From Desulfurococcales archaeon (GTDB taxonomy: Archaea; Thermoproteota; Thermoprotei_A; Sulfolobales; Desulfurococcaceae): a stretch of 52,140 nucleotides of DNA. The translations under genes were made by a program, and so were the position numbers. This document shows positions 18,279 to 29,060 of the stretch, in pieces; the first letter of the stretch is position 1; each line of letters begins with the position of its first letter. The notes beneath the pieces were generated by a model. That model was not told where the DNA came from, ran no database searches, and saw only the letters and a list, made by a program, of their open reading frames with translations. The stretch is from the NCBI GenBank assembly GCA_027064845.1, contig JAMOPC010000159.1:1-52140 (forward strand). The letters run 5' to 3'.

Positions 18279-19350
18279 TATTAATCGACCTATACTCATC
18301 ATATAATACTGTTGCTAAAGCTATAAGTCCAGCGGCTGCGGCATAGTCTGTAGAAAGAGTTATTCCTGGAGCTATGTCTAAGACTAAGTCTGCATACCTA
18401 TAAATCCCCACAGGTATTCCTTCTCTTGAGCCAAATAAGAGATTAACCCTCTTCTTTTTGTGAAGTATTAATTTTTTCAACTCTTCCTTTACATCACCAA
18501 TATATTTTCCCTCAGGCTCAAAAACTATTATTACCTCATTACTTCTATCCCTAACTAATTGATGTAGATCCATGAGATAAACAGGTGTTTTTCTAGGTTT
18601 GTATGGATAGCTTCTTAACTGTATATTATATCTTGACTCTATTCCTTCCCTAACTCCTCTAATAAAGTACTCTAATTGATATGCATCAATGATTCCTACA
18701 GGCGCAATTACCAGTTCTTTGACCTCGAAATTCTGTACCTCTCTCCCTATTCTCTTACCCATGATGAGGGCTGAATCTAAGGGGCCAAGATAAGGCATTT
18801 GAACAACAGCTATTTTCCTAAAGAAGCTTCGCAACTCCTTTTTCTCAGGGGAATATTTGTGATGCTCAAAGCTTCCAGGGAGTATAGCTATATATGCATG
18901 GTCTTGAATTATTTCTACTAAAACAATTTTATCGGGATATCTTAGATTTACTGATGCACCAGTATATTTCCTAATGCATTCACCAACAACCACATTAACA
19001 TCGATGCTTGTAAAACTATGTTTTCCACGACGCGTTGTTCTTACAGCGAATGTTTCGTTCCTAGATATTTTATTGATGACTAAATCTTTGATCTCCGAAC
19101 ATATTTTATTAGGATCAGCTAATGTTACCATATCTATGGGTATTATTTTATCAGCTTCAATAACTTGTTCTTCTATTAGCTTAGCTAGTGTGTCACGATC
19201 GTATTTACAAGGTTTAACTAGTACAAGTCCTTTAAACCCAAGAGGACTAGGCCAAGTCTCGGCACAATCATCTATTTCACGGATTCTACTTGAAACGATT
19301 CTCTCAAATCCTATACTGGTTTTAATAAGAATACTATAGTCCTTGCTCAA
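18250..19350 (-). CDS. THUMP-SPOUT fusion RNA methyltransferase
   Basis: THUMP 'TFAVRTTRRGKHSFTS...VNLRYPD' plus SPOUT 'FEPEG...GSREGIP...IAPGITLST'. Confidence 0.85.
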   Translation of the reverse strand: MSKDYSILIKTSIGFERIVSSRIREIDDCAETWPSPLGFKGLVLVKPCKYDRDTLAKLIEEQVIEADKIIPIDMVTLADPNKICSEIKDLVINKISRNETFAVRTTRRGKHSFTSIDVNVVVGECIRKYTGASVNLRYPDKIVLVEIIQDHAYIAILPGSFEHHKYSPEKKELRSFFRKIAVVQMPYLGPLDSALIMGKRIGREVQNFEVKELVIAPVGIIDAYQLEYFIRGVREGIESRYNIQLRSYPYKPRKTPVYLMDLHQLVRDRSNEVIIVFEPEGKYIGDVKEELKKLILHKKKRVNLLFGSREGIPVGIYRYADLVLDIAPGITLSTDYAAAAGLIALATVLYDEYRSINNESPNTGSR

Positions 19351-19513
19351 ATAACAATCACCGATACACTATGATGACTAAATATAATGTATGACATAAA
19401 CTCCTATATGTTAATCATTGGTTATAATTATGGGGTATACGGTACAACTGTAATAGGATCTTGTTAAAGAATAGTGTTTTCAATGTATTATATATAAAGA
19501 GAAGAACTTAGAT

Positions 19514-20152
19514 TTACTTCTTTAGCTGAAGAGGTGAAACTACTACTGCTGGTTTAGGTCCTTCTGGTGTTGGTATCATTAGTAGTTTCGATTTGTAGAC
19601 TTCAACTTTTCTAATAGGATAGATCTTTCTGGCTCTCTCAGCTATTACAGCGCTCATTTTGCCAAAGATCATTTCTTGTATTAGCTCGTTTAGTGTTAAC
19701 TGCGGTACTCGTTCTTTCACATATTCTTCCATGATTTTCCTGATAGCTCTCTTCTGGCTAGTGTTACATCTGTAGCTTGTAAGTGCAATAATAGTTAATC
19801 TTAAGTGATATCCGTCCTTTGTAACAACGTTAAATATACCTTGTATTTTGCTGCTCTTCCTCCTTATGAGGCTCTTAATATAGTCTCTTGATAACTCGTG
19901 TCCCTTAAACCTTGTTATTGCTTTATCTTCCTTTACATCTATTACTTGGAAATATAGTCTTACATGGACTTGTGTTATATCACCAGTGATATCGTATAGG
20001 GTTGTTTCCATTACTCTACCTATTAGTTTTAATGGGTCATCAGCCGGTGTTGTACCTATAACTATGTTTCCAAAAACATCTGGTGCTAAGACTTCGTACC
20101 ATTTTTTAAGCTTCCACTTATCTCTTACAGCGAACTTCCTGCGTGCAGGCAA
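19514..20152 (-). CDS. rps3ae: 30S ribosomal protein S3Ae
   Basis: DKWKLKKWY...GRVMETTLYDITGD...KIYPIR; likely TTG start after AGGGGT. Confidence 0.96.
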   Translation of the reverse strand: MPARRKFAVRDKWKLKKWYEVLAPDVFGNIVIGTTPADDPLKLIGRVMETTLYDITGDITQVHVRLYFQVIDVKEDKAITRFKGHELSRDYIKSLIRRKSSKIQGIFNVVTKDGYHLRLTIIALTSYRCNTSQKRAIRKIMEEYVKERVPQLTLNELIQEMIFGKMSAVIAERARKIYPIRKVEVYKSKLLMIPTPEGPKPAVVVSPLQLKK

Positions 20153-20208
20153 TATTAGTTTACCCCTATACGTTATTTCTTTTCTCTTTGTCTCATACAT
20201 TTTAAGGG

Positions 20209-20481
20209 TTATTTAAGCATTATCAAAACATCGTCTATCATTTCTATTATTGATAGTATTTCATCCAAGCTTCCCCTGAGGGAATCAAAGTTTTTTGCTG
20301 AATGTTTAACTTTGATGATTATTTCGTAGACGTATTCATTGTTATCTTCATATATGTTTTCAATTATTTCCATAAAATCAGGAGTTATTACATTATCTGG
20401 ATGAAGGGTTTTCTTTAGAGATTCAACGTAGTTTTTACTACTTGAACGTATTTTAAGAACGGATAAAGTTTCCATGTTCAT
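20209..20481 (-). CDS. pcc1: KEOPS subunit Pcc1
   Basis: 'LHPDN...DSLRGSLDEIL' pattern; conserved S15-DHH-Pcc1-S3Ae context. Confidence 0.65.
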   Translation of the reverse strand: MNMETLSVLKIRSSSKNYVESLKKTLHPDNVITPDFMEIIENIYEDNNEYVYEIIIKVKHSAKNFDSLRGSLDEILSIIEMIDDVLIMLK

Positions 20482-21622
20482 CAACACGACACAGTTGTAC
20501 AGCATCACAATTACTATATACAATAGATGGTTCATTCCCTATTCTCAACAATTCGTCAACAGTGGTTAAGTATTCTCCATTGATCGATACAATTAAGGGT
20601 ATTTTTCGCGTATTTTCATCTATGCTCTTAATTATCTCTATAATGATCTCAGGTCTTGTTAATCCTTCCTCGATCTCTATGATTGCTTGTTCTTTTTTCG
20701 ATTCTATATAAGTATTTATGGCTAAGGATATATCTAAACAAAGACTATCTATTACTTCCTCATAGATTGTCAAAATTTGAAATAATAATTCTTTATCTAT
20801 GCTTAGTAGTGGTATGTAATATGGATTATCTTTTTTAACAGACATAAAAACTAGACTAGAACCGATGAACTCATTTAGTTCTACTACTTTGTTGTTTAAC
20901 GTAGCTACATAGATATTACCTAATAGCTTTCTAGCTATTCTTTTTGCAGTATTGAAATCTGTTTTCATTCCTTTAACAAGCTTCTCCAAAAACCTAGCGG
21001 CTAGTTTTTCATCATCTTCTATAGACACATATTTTGTTAAACCACTTGTTTTTCCAAGAACGGTTTCAAGTAAATTATTAACGTTTTCAGCATCACCTGT
21101 ATAGCCTGGAAGGAAGGGTATAAGTGTTCGATAAATAGCTTTTTGTAAGCCAACTCTGTCTCTTCCCCAGAATTTAAAACCAAATTTTATAGATAAGTTC
21201 TCCTTTATTTCTTTTAGTAATTGTTTTTCTAGTCCAGAAAAACCTTCTTCGCTGTCTAAGCCATAATAGATTCCGGGGATTAATGCTAGTAGCTTTTCCC
21301 AGGAGCTAGTGATAAATAATTTATCTAAAAAATATGCTACATATGCAGAAACACTTTCTTTACCATTGTATATTAAATTGAATAATTGTTTATTTTCCTC
21401 AGCTCCTTCTGGTTTTGGTAAATTTATGAGTACTGTTGGAATATCAGTTTCTTCAACTACTAGTTTAAGATCAAAATTTATAGTTGCTGATATGTTGTGT
21501 TCTTCCAGATTTTTCCATAATAAACCAGCGGCGATCAACGAGTCTATATCTATCTTTGGAATAATTCTTACAACTCCATATTCTCTAGCATACTTCACTA
21601 TATCATTGAGTAATTCGACCAA
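20453..21622 (-). CDS. Degenerate DHH/RecJ-like (Cdc45-related) protein
   Basis: DIDSLIAAG (degenerate DxDG), 'PFLPGYTGD' segment, no DHH motif; S15-adjacent context. Confidence 0.7.
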   Translation of the reverse strand: MVELLNDIVKYAREYGVVRIIPKIDIDSLIAAGLLWKNLEEHNISATINFDLKLVVEETDIPTVLINLPKPEGAEENKQLFNLIYNGKESVSAYVAYFLDKLFITSSWEKLLALIPGIYYGLDSEEGFSGLEKQLLKEIKENLSIKFGFKFWGRDRVGLQKAIYRTLIPFLPGYTGDAENVNNLLETVLGKTSGLTKYVSIEDDEKLAARFLEKLVKGMKTDFNTAKRIARKLLGNIYVATLNNKVVELNEFIGSSLVFMSVKKDNPYYIPLLSIDKELLFQILTIYEEVIDSLCLDISLAINTYIESKKEQAIIEIEEGLTRPEIIIEIIKSIDENTRKIPLIVSINGEYLTTVDELLRIGNEPSIVYSNCDAVQLCRVDEHGNFIRS

Positions 21623-21738
21623 TTTCTGAACCTCTTTGTTAAAAGCGGATATTTTAGTAATAGTATTAGTATTATCGCTATAATTATTTTCTTTGTAAGA
21701 AAATAGTTGCTATATTAACTTGGTTAAGTAGTTATGAT

Positions 21739-22203
21739 TTAGAGGTATGCAGAAACTATTAGTTTTGCTTGTTCTGGTGTGTATTTCCAATCAGGTGGTA
21801 GTTTACCTATTCTCTTATAATACTTGACGAGTCTGTGGATTTTTGATTCTAAGTCTATTAGTCCCTTCTTTGCGTGAAGGTCTTTGGGATGTTCTTCTAG
21901 GTGTCTTCTAAGATTAACAGCTTTTTTCATTAGGAAGAGTAGATCTTCTGGTACTGGTAGTTTTACATTATATTTCTCGAGTATTTGTGTAAGCTTTTTA
22001 CCTGTTACTTGTTTAACTAATGGGACACCATACTGGTCTCTTAGTATAATGCCTATCATTGAAGGTGTGTATCCTTTTTTCGCTAGCTCTACTACTAATA
22101 ACTCAATATCACTTGGACTCATGTCTAATTTGAGCCATCTCGGGGGCCCAGCTCTAGCTGGTCTTGTTGAATGTGATTGTCCTTTGTCTCTTTTCTTGTT
22201 CAC
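21739..22203 (-). CDS. rps15: 30S ribosomal protein S15 (S13e)
   Basis: [27 protein letters not shown]. Confidence 0.97.
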   Translation of the reverse strand: MNKKRDKGQSHSTRPARAGPPRWLKLDMSPSDIELLVVELAKKGYTPSMIGIILRDQYGVPLVKQVTGKKLTQILEKYNVKLPVPEDLLFLMKKAVNLRRHLEEHPKDLHAKKGLIDLESKIHRLVKYYKRIGKLPPDWKYTPEQAKLIVSAYL

Positions 22204-22227
22204 GGCATTTCCCCCATATTAACATCC

Positions 22228-22848
22228 TTACTTATCATCTATGGAATTAGAGATACCAGTTTTTAAACCTAATTCTAACATTTTTTCTAGTTTTTTTAAA
22301 GCACATTCTACAGCTTTTGCTCTATGTGAAAACATGTTCTTTTCATTAATACTCATTTCAGCAAAGGTTTTAGTTGAACCGCTAGGTACGAAGATCGGAT
22401 CGAATCCAAAACCTTTATTACCACGGGGGGTAGTTGTTATAGTGCCTGTAGTTTCTCCTAGGCACGTGATTATAAATGGTTCGTATATGAGGACAACCGC
22501 TGATCTAAAACATGCTTCCCGATTGCTAGAATTTTTTAGGAGTTTTAGTATTCCCTCATATCCTATTGTTTTAAATACATAGCTACTATATGGACCAGGA
22601 AAACCATTAAGAGCATGTACAAATAAGCCAGCGTCTTCCACCATTAATGGTTTATTGATCTTGGTGTATGCGTGTAGGGCGGCGTATTTCGCGATCTCTA
22701 ATAAATCATTACTTTGTATCTCTACTTTTTCGATATCCTTGTACATTCTTATTTGAAAACCATATTTCTCGGCTATTGGTTTTACTTCTTCGTACTTGTG
22801 GGTGTTATTTGTTAAAAAGTAAATTGTTGCCTTGTATTTTTTACTCAA
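22228..22848 (-). CDS. rdgB: XTP/dITP pyrophosphatase (Ham1)
   Basis: EDAGL..ALNGFPGPYS, GFGFDPIF, SHRAKA. Confidence 0.95.
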   Translation of the reverse strand: MSKKYKATIYFLTNNTHKYEEVKPIAEKYGFQIRMYKDIEKVEIQSNDLLEIAKYAALHAYTKINKPLMVEDAGLFVHALNGFPGPYSSYVFKTIGYEGILKLLKNSSNREACFRSAVVLIYEPFIITCLGETTGTITTTPRGNKGFGFDPIFVPSGSTKTFAEMSINEKNMFSHRAKAVECALKKLEKMLELGLKTGISNSIDDK

Positions 22849-23527
22849 TGTACTTGTCCCTCAACATTTTCTTCTTTAATCTTTCTTCAACATATCGTCC
22901 TCTTAACCTTATTTCCTCTACTCTTTGTAGAACTTCATGAACGTTTCCATGATATGATTCACTATAACCTTTGATGAATCCCTCCATAAATACGTCTAAC
23001 TTGTCTGGTGCTAATGCTAATATACTTCTCTTTAATAAGTGTATATCGATTGCATATTCTTCAATATCTCTACTATAGCCTGCTAGTCCAAAGTCGATGA
23101 TATATATTTTCTTATTTGATTTATTAACAAGTATATTGGCTAAGGTTAAGTCTCCGTGGTAGATATTTAGTGAATGCATTATTCCTGTTTGAAGCCCTAG
23201 TTGATATGCAATTGTTTTTAATTCTTCAATGTTCATGTACTCGATTAGATCAGATAATTTGTGTCCCTCAATATGCTCCATTATTATGATTGAGTTTTTT
23301 AAATCAACTATGAGTGGTGCTGGCACATTTACTTTGTTCATGTATAGTTCTGATAATATTTTTGCCTCTGTCTTCGTCCTTGTTTTCCTAAATATTTCAT
23401 CGAATTTGGGGTGGCGATATGGCTTCTTAACCCTGTACTTAACAATAATTTTCTTTCCCAGAAGTTCTCCTTGAATAATAACTGATTCAGCGCCTTTATC
23501 CAAGACATTTACTAATTGGGTAGCCAT
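22841..23527 (-). CDS. bud32: KEOPS kinase Bud32
   Basis: KGAES, HGDLTLAN, IDFGL, RGRY. Confidence 0.95.
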   Translation of the reverse strand: MATQLVNVLDKGAESVIIQGELLGKKIIVKYRVKKPYRHPKFDEIFRKTRTKTEAKILSELYMNKVNVPAPLIVDLKNSIIIMEHIEGHKLSDLIEYMNIEELKTIAYQLGLQTGIMHSLNIYHGDLTLANILVNKSNKKIYIIDFGLAGYSRDIEEYAIDIHLLKRSILALAPDKLDVFMEGFIKGYSESYHGNVHEVLQRVEEIRLRGRYVEERLKKKMLRDKYIE

Positions 23528-24573
23528 GGTAGTTCTACCTCGTCCAGACGCCATCGTTGACGTATGAATGCTTTTTCTGGTTCTATGTGTATATTGTGCA
23601 CATAGCTTAGAAATCCTGTTAAAGCAATCATTGCGCCGTTGTCCCCAGCGTATTCCGGGGGCGTTCCAGCATACCTGGCTCCATGAACTCTTGTCATAGC
23701 AATCAATTTTTCCCTAAGATACTTGTTAGACGCGACACCCCCTACTAGTAGAACTTCTTTTTTCCCTGTTAGGACAAGTGATCTCTCAGCAACTTCTACT
23801 AGCATGTTGAACGCTGTCTCTCTAAGACTCAAACATATGTTCCCTAGTTTCTCCTTGTTGTTCTTGTATTTTTTTGCTTGTATGAGAGCAGCAGTTAATA
23901 ATCCTGAAAAACTGAGGTCGCTTCCTTTAACCGTATATGGTAGTGGAATGAATTCTTTTCCCCATTCAGCACAAATATCTATTTGGTGCTTTCCATTAAC
24001 TACATATGGTGGTGATAAACCTATTTCTCTAGTAAATGTGTCGAATAAATTGCCAAGTGGTATATCAAGTGTTTCACCAAGAATTCGGTATTTCTTTTTC
24101 TTTTGAATAGCTATTAACGTATTGCCTCCGGAAACATATATTATTAGCGGATCTTTGAAGTTGAATAAGTATTTACCAATTTCTATATGTGCTACAGCGT
24201 GATTGACAGGTATTAGTTTTAGTTTATAGTATGATGCTAGAAATCTAGCGAGAGAGGCTCCAACACGTAAACACGGACCTAAGCCTGGTCCTAGAGCTAC
24301 AGCAACAGCATTAACGTCTGCTATTTTAATTCCAGCTCTTTCCAGAGCTTTTCTTAATACTTGGGGAGCTGTCCTTGTGTGATGTAGGGCTGCTTCTCTG
24401 GGATGAATACCTCCTTTCATAGGTACATAGCGGTCATATTCATTAGCTATTATTTTTAACGACTCTTCTCTAGCGTTATATTCTACTACTCCGATACCAA
24501 AAGTATGGCTTGTTGACTCTATTCCTAATATATATATGTTATCTTTAACATTTCCTAGAATATCTCCATACAT
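23512..24573 (-). CDS. kae1: KEOPS t6A synthase Kae1
   Basis: GIESTSHT, GGIHPREA, NHAVAHIE, VSGGNT, GDNGAMIA; start approximate. Confidence 0.96.
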   Translation of the reverse strand: MYGDILGNVKDNIYILGIESTSHTFGIGVVEYNAREESLKIIANEYDRYVPMKGGIHPREAALHHTRTAPQVLRKALERAGIKIADVNAVAVALGPGLGPCLRVGASLARFLASYYKLKLIPVNHAVAHIEIGKYLFNFKDPLIIYVSGGNTLIAIQKKKKYRILGETLDIPLGNLFDTFTREIGLSPPYVVNGKHQIDICAEWGKEFIPLPYTVKGSDLSFSGLLTAALIQAKKYKNNKEKLGNICLSLRETAFNMLVEVAERSLVLTGKKEVLLVGGVASNKYLREKLIAMTRVHGARYAGTPPEYAGDNGAMIALTGFLSYVHNIHIEPEKAFIRQRWRLDEVELPWLPN

Positions 24574-24641
24574 ATTGATCACAATTTTTCCGGGTTGAAA
24601 ATATTTATTTTTAGAAAACAATTCAAGATATTAGTAGTCAG

Positions 24642-24806
24642 TTACTCTCTTATATACTCAGTGTAGCCGCATTTTCCACAATGCCATCTCGGGATAGGTT
24701 TTTTATGAAATGCCATGAAGCTTCCGCATTTTGGGCATTTTTTGTTCTTAGGCTTTATCTTGCCTGTCTTGTAGTCGTATTCATATAATTTATGTACATG
24801 GGCCAT
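24642..24806 (-). CDS. rps27ae: 30S ribosomal protein S27ae (absent from the ORF track, 54 aa)
   Basis: Manual translation [54 protein letters not shown]. Confidence 0.95.
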   Translation of the reverse strand: MAHVHKLYEYDYKTGKIKPKNKKCPKCGSFMAFHKKPIPRWHCGKCGYTEYIRE

Positions 24807-24813
24807 TTACTAT

Positions 24814-25179
24814 TCACCCCATACCTTGCTCTTTCATCATTTGTTCTAATTGATAGGATTGAGAAGCATATTCATTCCTCTTGATGATATGAGGGGGTTC
24901 GAACTGCTTTGCTCTTTCTACAGAGTCATATATGTGTACAGTAGCGTTTGATACGCCCATTCCATACTCTGTTTTTATTTCTCTAACATATACTTTTTCT
25001 ACTTCGACATTGTAGATCTTGGCTATTTCGTGTCTTATGAGTCCTCTCGACGGTGTACTTTTACCTATATGAGCTATTCTGACAATTATTTCTCTTCTTT
25101 TTATTAATGGATTATACTTATCTTCGATTATTTCTCCAGTGAATTCTCCTAGTTTCACTGTTTTCCCCATATCGGACAC
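24814..25179 (-). CDS. rps24e: 30S ribosomal protein S24e
   Basis: NPLIKRRE...STPSR...TEYG...HIYDS. Confidence 0.95.
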   Translation of the reverse strand: MSDMGKTVKLGEFTGEIIEDKYNPLIKRREIIVRIAHIGKSTPSRGLIRHEIAKIYNVEVEKVYVREIKTEYGMGVSNATVHIYDSVERAKQFEPPHIIKRNEYASQSYQLEQMMKEQGMG

Positions 25180-25214
25180 GCTCCAGCTGATTAATGTTTC
25201 TTTCTTCTCATATC

Positions 25215-25715
25215 CTAAGCATTATTATAAACAATTATGTCGGGTTTAAATGTTTTTAATACTTTTATAGCATTTATTTTATTGCTTGTTAATATAACTA
25301 ATCCTACTCCAGGCTGCCCATAAGCTATGATAGCGTCCTTGTACTCGAGCGAGAATGCTAGAGGAGTTAGGTCTTCCTCTCCTATAATATATAATGTTTT
25401 TAGTTTTTTGCACTTCGTAATTGTTCTAGTATTTAAGCTCAGTGTGCCGGGAGGATTTATTGCTTTAAAGGATTCTTTTTCTATATTTTGTTTTTTAATA
25501 CTGATTGTTCTCCTAGTTTTACCATCGATGACCCGGAGACGGTTCTTTGTAGTTTCTGATACGATGTCTCCAATTGCTATATCAACCTCTATATTTCTAA
25601 TTAATTTCTTATCACTAACTAGGAGTTTACCCATCGGTGTGCTAAGAGTTTTCCTGAGAAAAGAAGGGAGCTTGAGTATGGGTAAATATTTTTTATTAAG
25701 CAACTTTAATCGCAT
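25215..25715 (-). CDS. GTP-dependent dephospho-CoA kinase (DUF359)
   Basis: IGDIV, DGKTRR, NPPGT, GEEDL, YGQPG; conserved position between spt4 and S24e. Confidence 0.85.
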   Translation of the reverse strand: MRLKLLNKKYLPILKLPSFLRKTLSTPMGKLLVSDKKLIRNIEVDIAIGDIVSETTKNRLRVIDGKTRRTISIKKQNIEKESFKAINPPGTLSLNTRTITKCKKLKTLYIIGEEDLTPLAFSLEYKDAIIAYGQPGVGLVILTSNKINAIKVLKTFKPDIIVYNNA

Positions 25716-25902
25716 ACCTACCCGGCTTAGTTATTCCAAGCATTTTGGCTATTTCTGAGTTCTCTGGATCTATTATTATAACCATTCCTTCCCATTCATC
25801 TGTAAAATCTGATGAACCGCATATAGGGCATACATTTGCTTCTTTATTTACTAGTGCCTTACATTTTCTACAAGCCTTGAATGGTTTTCCACGTGCAGGC
25901 AT
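25696..25902 (-). CDS. spt4: Transcription elongation factor Spt4 (RpoE'')
   Basis: ACRKC...CPICG...WEGMVIIIDP..SEIAK...PGRYA. Confidence 0.95.
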   Translation of the reverse strand: MPARGKPFKACRKCKALVNKEANVCPICGSSDFTDEWEGMVIIIDPENSEIAKMLGITKPGRYAIKVA

Positions 25903-25917
25903 TGACCACACCTATAT

Positions 25918-26484
25918 TTATTTATTCTCTGTTCTACGTTGTTTTTCTAATTCTTTCTTAATCCATTCTATTTTACCAAGATATGGTTGTCTCATAGTCA
26001 TTTGTACACGTAAGCCCTTGCCAGGAAGTGGTGCTACATTGTATACTCTAGCTCTCACTTTATCTCCCTTCTCAAGTATCTTCCTAGATTCTCTGAGGAT
26101 TAGTGCTGGTCTCGTAGGGTCATAATCTATTTTTTCGTCAGCTATCTGGTTAATGAATATAAAGCCATCGGATGCGCCTAAGTCGACAAAGACTCCATGT
26201 GCTACAACAGTGTTTACTTCTCCCTCAACGACTTCTTTTATAAAAGGATAAAACGCTAATAAAGTAAATTCTGCTTTGTGATAAGTAGCGCCGTCGCCAG
26301 GAATTATTTTTCCCTCAGGATCTACTTTAGCGTCTAAGACAGTAACAATTATACCCATATTCTTCGTAATGACACCCTCATAGGTCTTCCTAAGTTCTTC
26401 GAGAGCAGCTTCCTCTAGTGGTTTACTGAATTTTTCAGGAGGTATTCTAACAACATCTCTTACTCTATATAATCGATAAACCAT
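25918..26484 (-). CDS. rpoE1: RNA polymerase subunit E' (Rpo7)
   Basis: VVRIPP, GDGAT, S1 domain, TMRQPYLGK. Confidence 0.96.
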   Translation of the reverse strand: MVYRLYRVRDVVRIPPEKFSKPLEEAALEELRKTYEGVITKNMGIIVTVLDAKVDPEGKIIPGDGATYHKAEFTLLAFYPFIKEVVEGEVNTVVAHGVFVDLGASDGFIFINQIADEKIDYDPTRPALILRESRKILEKGDKVRARVYNVAPLPGKGLRVQMTMRQPYLGKIEWIKKELEKQRRTENK

Positions 26485-26583
26485 AGTTCACACCATAACT
26501 AATTACTTGTTATCCACACTATTTTCTTGTTTTAACCATAAAAACTAGAGTAATAATATATCCCTTTATAATATTTAGTTTTT

Positions 26584-27006
26584 CTAACTATTCCAGTATT
26601 CTAATCCTTCAACCTCTATTATCATTCCCTCTTCCCGTAGGTAGATCTCTGGAATTCCATGAGTACGTAGTCTTTTTCTAAGTTCTTTATCATTTGTAGC
26701 AACAGCCACTCCATGTTCAGAAGCATATCTTAGAATAACATCATCTACTTTTTCTCCAGGAGCTGTTTCTACTTCTATTATTTTGCAATATTTCTTAGCT
26801 ATTTCTAATGCGAACTTAGCTTTTTTACTAATAGAAGGTTGTGATTTTTTTGCTAGTTTTTCAAGTTCTCTGATAATTGGTTTTAACACTATATAAATAG
26901 GGCGTGTTTCGAGTTTTTCTTCTATTTGATCAAATACGTTTATTCCATTAGCTATTAGTAATAGCATGTTTGTATCGAGGAGTATAACTGGTCTTTTCCT
27001 CGGCAT
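26584..27006 (-). CDS. PIN domain protein (Fcf1/Utp24-like)
   Basis: LLDTN, VDD, VATNDKELR; conserved position after aIF2g. Confidence 0.88.
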   Translation of the reverse strand: MPRKRPVILLDTNMLLLIANGINVFDQIEEKLETRPIYIVLKPIIRELEKLAKKSQPSISKKAKFALEIAKKYCKIIEVETAPGEKVDDVILRYASEHGVAVATNDKELRKRLRTHGIPEIYLREEGMIIEVEGLEYWNS

Positions 27007-27049
27007 CTTAGTGCCTCTTAGTTGTGAAAATCCATTCTTAGCTAATTGT

Positions 27050-28300
27050 CTAAGATACCTCCTCTACTATTCCCCAACCAGTTAATCTCCATCGTCCAAG
27101 CACTCTCCTACTTATAGCTATTCTTGATCCTTCCCATGCTACAATGGGGTCTCTTAACTGGATCTCTATTATATCTTGTGTAACGTTCAATACTACGCCT
27201 ACTCTAATAGCTGTACCAGCTGTTATGACAACTATTTCTTTTCTCTGTAGAGGAGGTGTTTTGACCATTTCCTTCATTCCTACAACTCTTTGCAATAATT
27301 TATAGCGGGCTTTGATCCTTGTTGTTACTGGTGGTAAATGTCCTGGTTTTCCTACAACATTTCCTACTAGTGCATCTGATTTTGTTAGTGATGGGTCTAG
27401 TTTTGTTCCAATAGCTAGTAGTCCTCCTGGCCTTGCTTCTTCTACACTTAGTTCTCCGAACTTTAAGCTCACTACTTCGCTTATCACTGGTTCATATTTG
27501 TATCTTCCTTTTCCGGCTCCAATAGGTACTCTAACACCTGGCCTTATCTCTATCTCGTCACCCACTCTTATCACTCCCTGCATGAGTGAACCACCTATTA
27601 CTCCTCCCTTCAAGTCTTTGGGACGCGTTCCTGGCTTGTTGACATCGAAGCTTCTCGCTACATACATGAGTGGTGGTTTATCTAGTTCTCTTTCTGGTGT
27701 TGGTATTTCTTCCTGCATTGCTTGAAGTAATGCGTCTATGTTTGCTTTATGTAGTGCGCTTACCGGTATTATTGGTGCGTTTTCAGCCCATGTACCTTCT
27801 AGGAACTTCTTTATCTCCCTATAGTTTTCAAGAGCTCTTTCCTTGCTAACAACGTCTATTTTGTTCTGTACAATTACTAGGTTCTTTACACCTATGATAT
27901 CTAGTGCTACAAAATGCTCTAATGTCTGGGGTTGTGGGCATGGCTCGTTAGCTGCTATAACGAGTATTGCGCCATCCATCAAAGCTGCTCCACTAAGCAT
28001 TGTTGCCATTAAGGCTTCATGTCCAGGAGCATCTACGTAGCTGACTCTTCTAAGTAGTTTAGACTCGCTACCATCTGGGCACACAGGTTCAGTAGTATAT
28101 GCTTCCGGGGGTTCTAGGTTTTCACAATAAGCTATGTTTCCATCAGCATATCCTAGCCTAATAGTCATTCCTCTTTTTAATTCTTCGCTATGTCTAGCAG
28201 TCCATATACCTGTTAATGCTTGTACAAGTGTTGTCTTACCGTGGTCGACGTGTCCTACCACACCGATGTTAACTTCTGGTTGTTTCATTTCCCAAGGCAT
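27050..28300 (-). CDS. eif2g: Translation initiation factor aIF2 gamma
   Basis: [26 protein letters not shown]; start after GGTGA SD. Confidence 0.97.
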   Translation of the reverse strand: MPWEMKQPEVNIGVVGHVDHGKTTLVQALTGIWTARHSEELKRGMTIRLGYADGNIAYCENLEPPEAYTTEPVCPDGSESKLLRRVSYVDAPGHEALMATMLSGAALMDGAILVIAANEPCPQPQTLEHFVALDIIGVKNLVIVQNKIDVVSKERALENYREIKKFLEGTWAENAPIIPVSALHKANIDALLQAMQEEIPTPERELDKPPLMYVARSFDVNKPGTRPKDLKGGVIGGSLMQGVIRVGDEIEIRPGVRVPIGAGKGRYKYEPVISEVVSLKFGELSVEEARPGGLLAIGTKLDPSLTKSDALVGNVVGKPGHLPPVTTRIKARYKLLQRVVGMKEMVKTPPLQRKEIVVITAGTAIRVGVVLNVTQDIIEIQLRDPIVAWEGSRIAISRRVLGRWRLTGWGIVEEVS

Positions 28301-28406
28301 ATTATTCACCACGCTCGGAGAAAATTATTATGTGTTTGAAACAATAATAGTTTTAACCCCAAGGAGACGGTAAAAACAGTGTTTTTTAAACATTTTTTCT
28401 TAAACA

Positions 28407-29060
28407 TTATTGTTCATACTTTATAACAGTATTGATCTGTACAATGTCTTCGGTTATCATGTTACCACGTACCATTTTTCTGCGTCTTTCACCTTTTTCT
28501 CTAGGATGAAAACCTGGTGGCCCTGATAGTAATACTCTCTTCTTTACACCACCATGTATATCTGGTCTCATTGGAAAGCCACTATTATCGGTGCCCCCTC
28601 TAATTACTAGTGATACATTCTTTAATCCTACAAGAGAACCATCGAAGGAATCACCTATTCTTAATCCGATGATTCTTTTTGTTCTATCATCGTTTATCCT
28701 GATCTGCCAGGCACGTGCTCTGAAGAGCTCTCCCTCGATCTCATTTGTTCCCACTGTGTTTATTAGCTGATTGGCACTAACATGTACTTCATTTTCTGGT
28801 ATATTATCATCTATCACGATCTTGCCAGTAATCTTTACTTTGTCCTTGGTTTCTGGCTTATATATTCTTATCGTTGCAACGCCGTGTATTGCTTTTATCT
28901 TTTCCGCAGTTTTACTATTCATTTTGAGTATTGGTAGTTCGAAGCCTTCCTTTACTTTGTCAGTATATTCTATTTCCGGATCTCCTACTACTTTGACTTT
29001 AACTACTACTTCTTCTTTTGGTGCTTTTGGATCCGAGATAACTATCTTGAAATCAGCCAT
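28407..29060 (-). CDS. rps6e: 30S ribosomal protein S6e (long crenarchaeal form)
   Basis: FKIVISDP...GGTDNSGFPMRPD...GERRRKMVRGN, with an internal insert. Confidence 0.95.
   Translation of the reverse strand: MADFKIVISDPKAPKEEVVVKVKVVGDPEIEYTDKVKEGFELPILKMNSKTAEKIKAIHGVATIRIYKPETKDKVKITGKIVIDDNIPENEVHVSANQLINTVGTNEIEGELFRARAWQIRINDDRTKRIIGLRIGDSFDGSLVGLKNVSLVIRGGTDNSGFPMRPDIHGGVKKRVLLSGPPGFHPREKGERRRKMVRGNMITEDIVQINTVIKYEQ

Noticed and set aside
19371..19400. ATGATGA...ATGA resembling a box C/D' pair
   Set aside because: The spacer is almost all A/T, no C' or D box follows, and it lies in the promoter region of the THUMP gene
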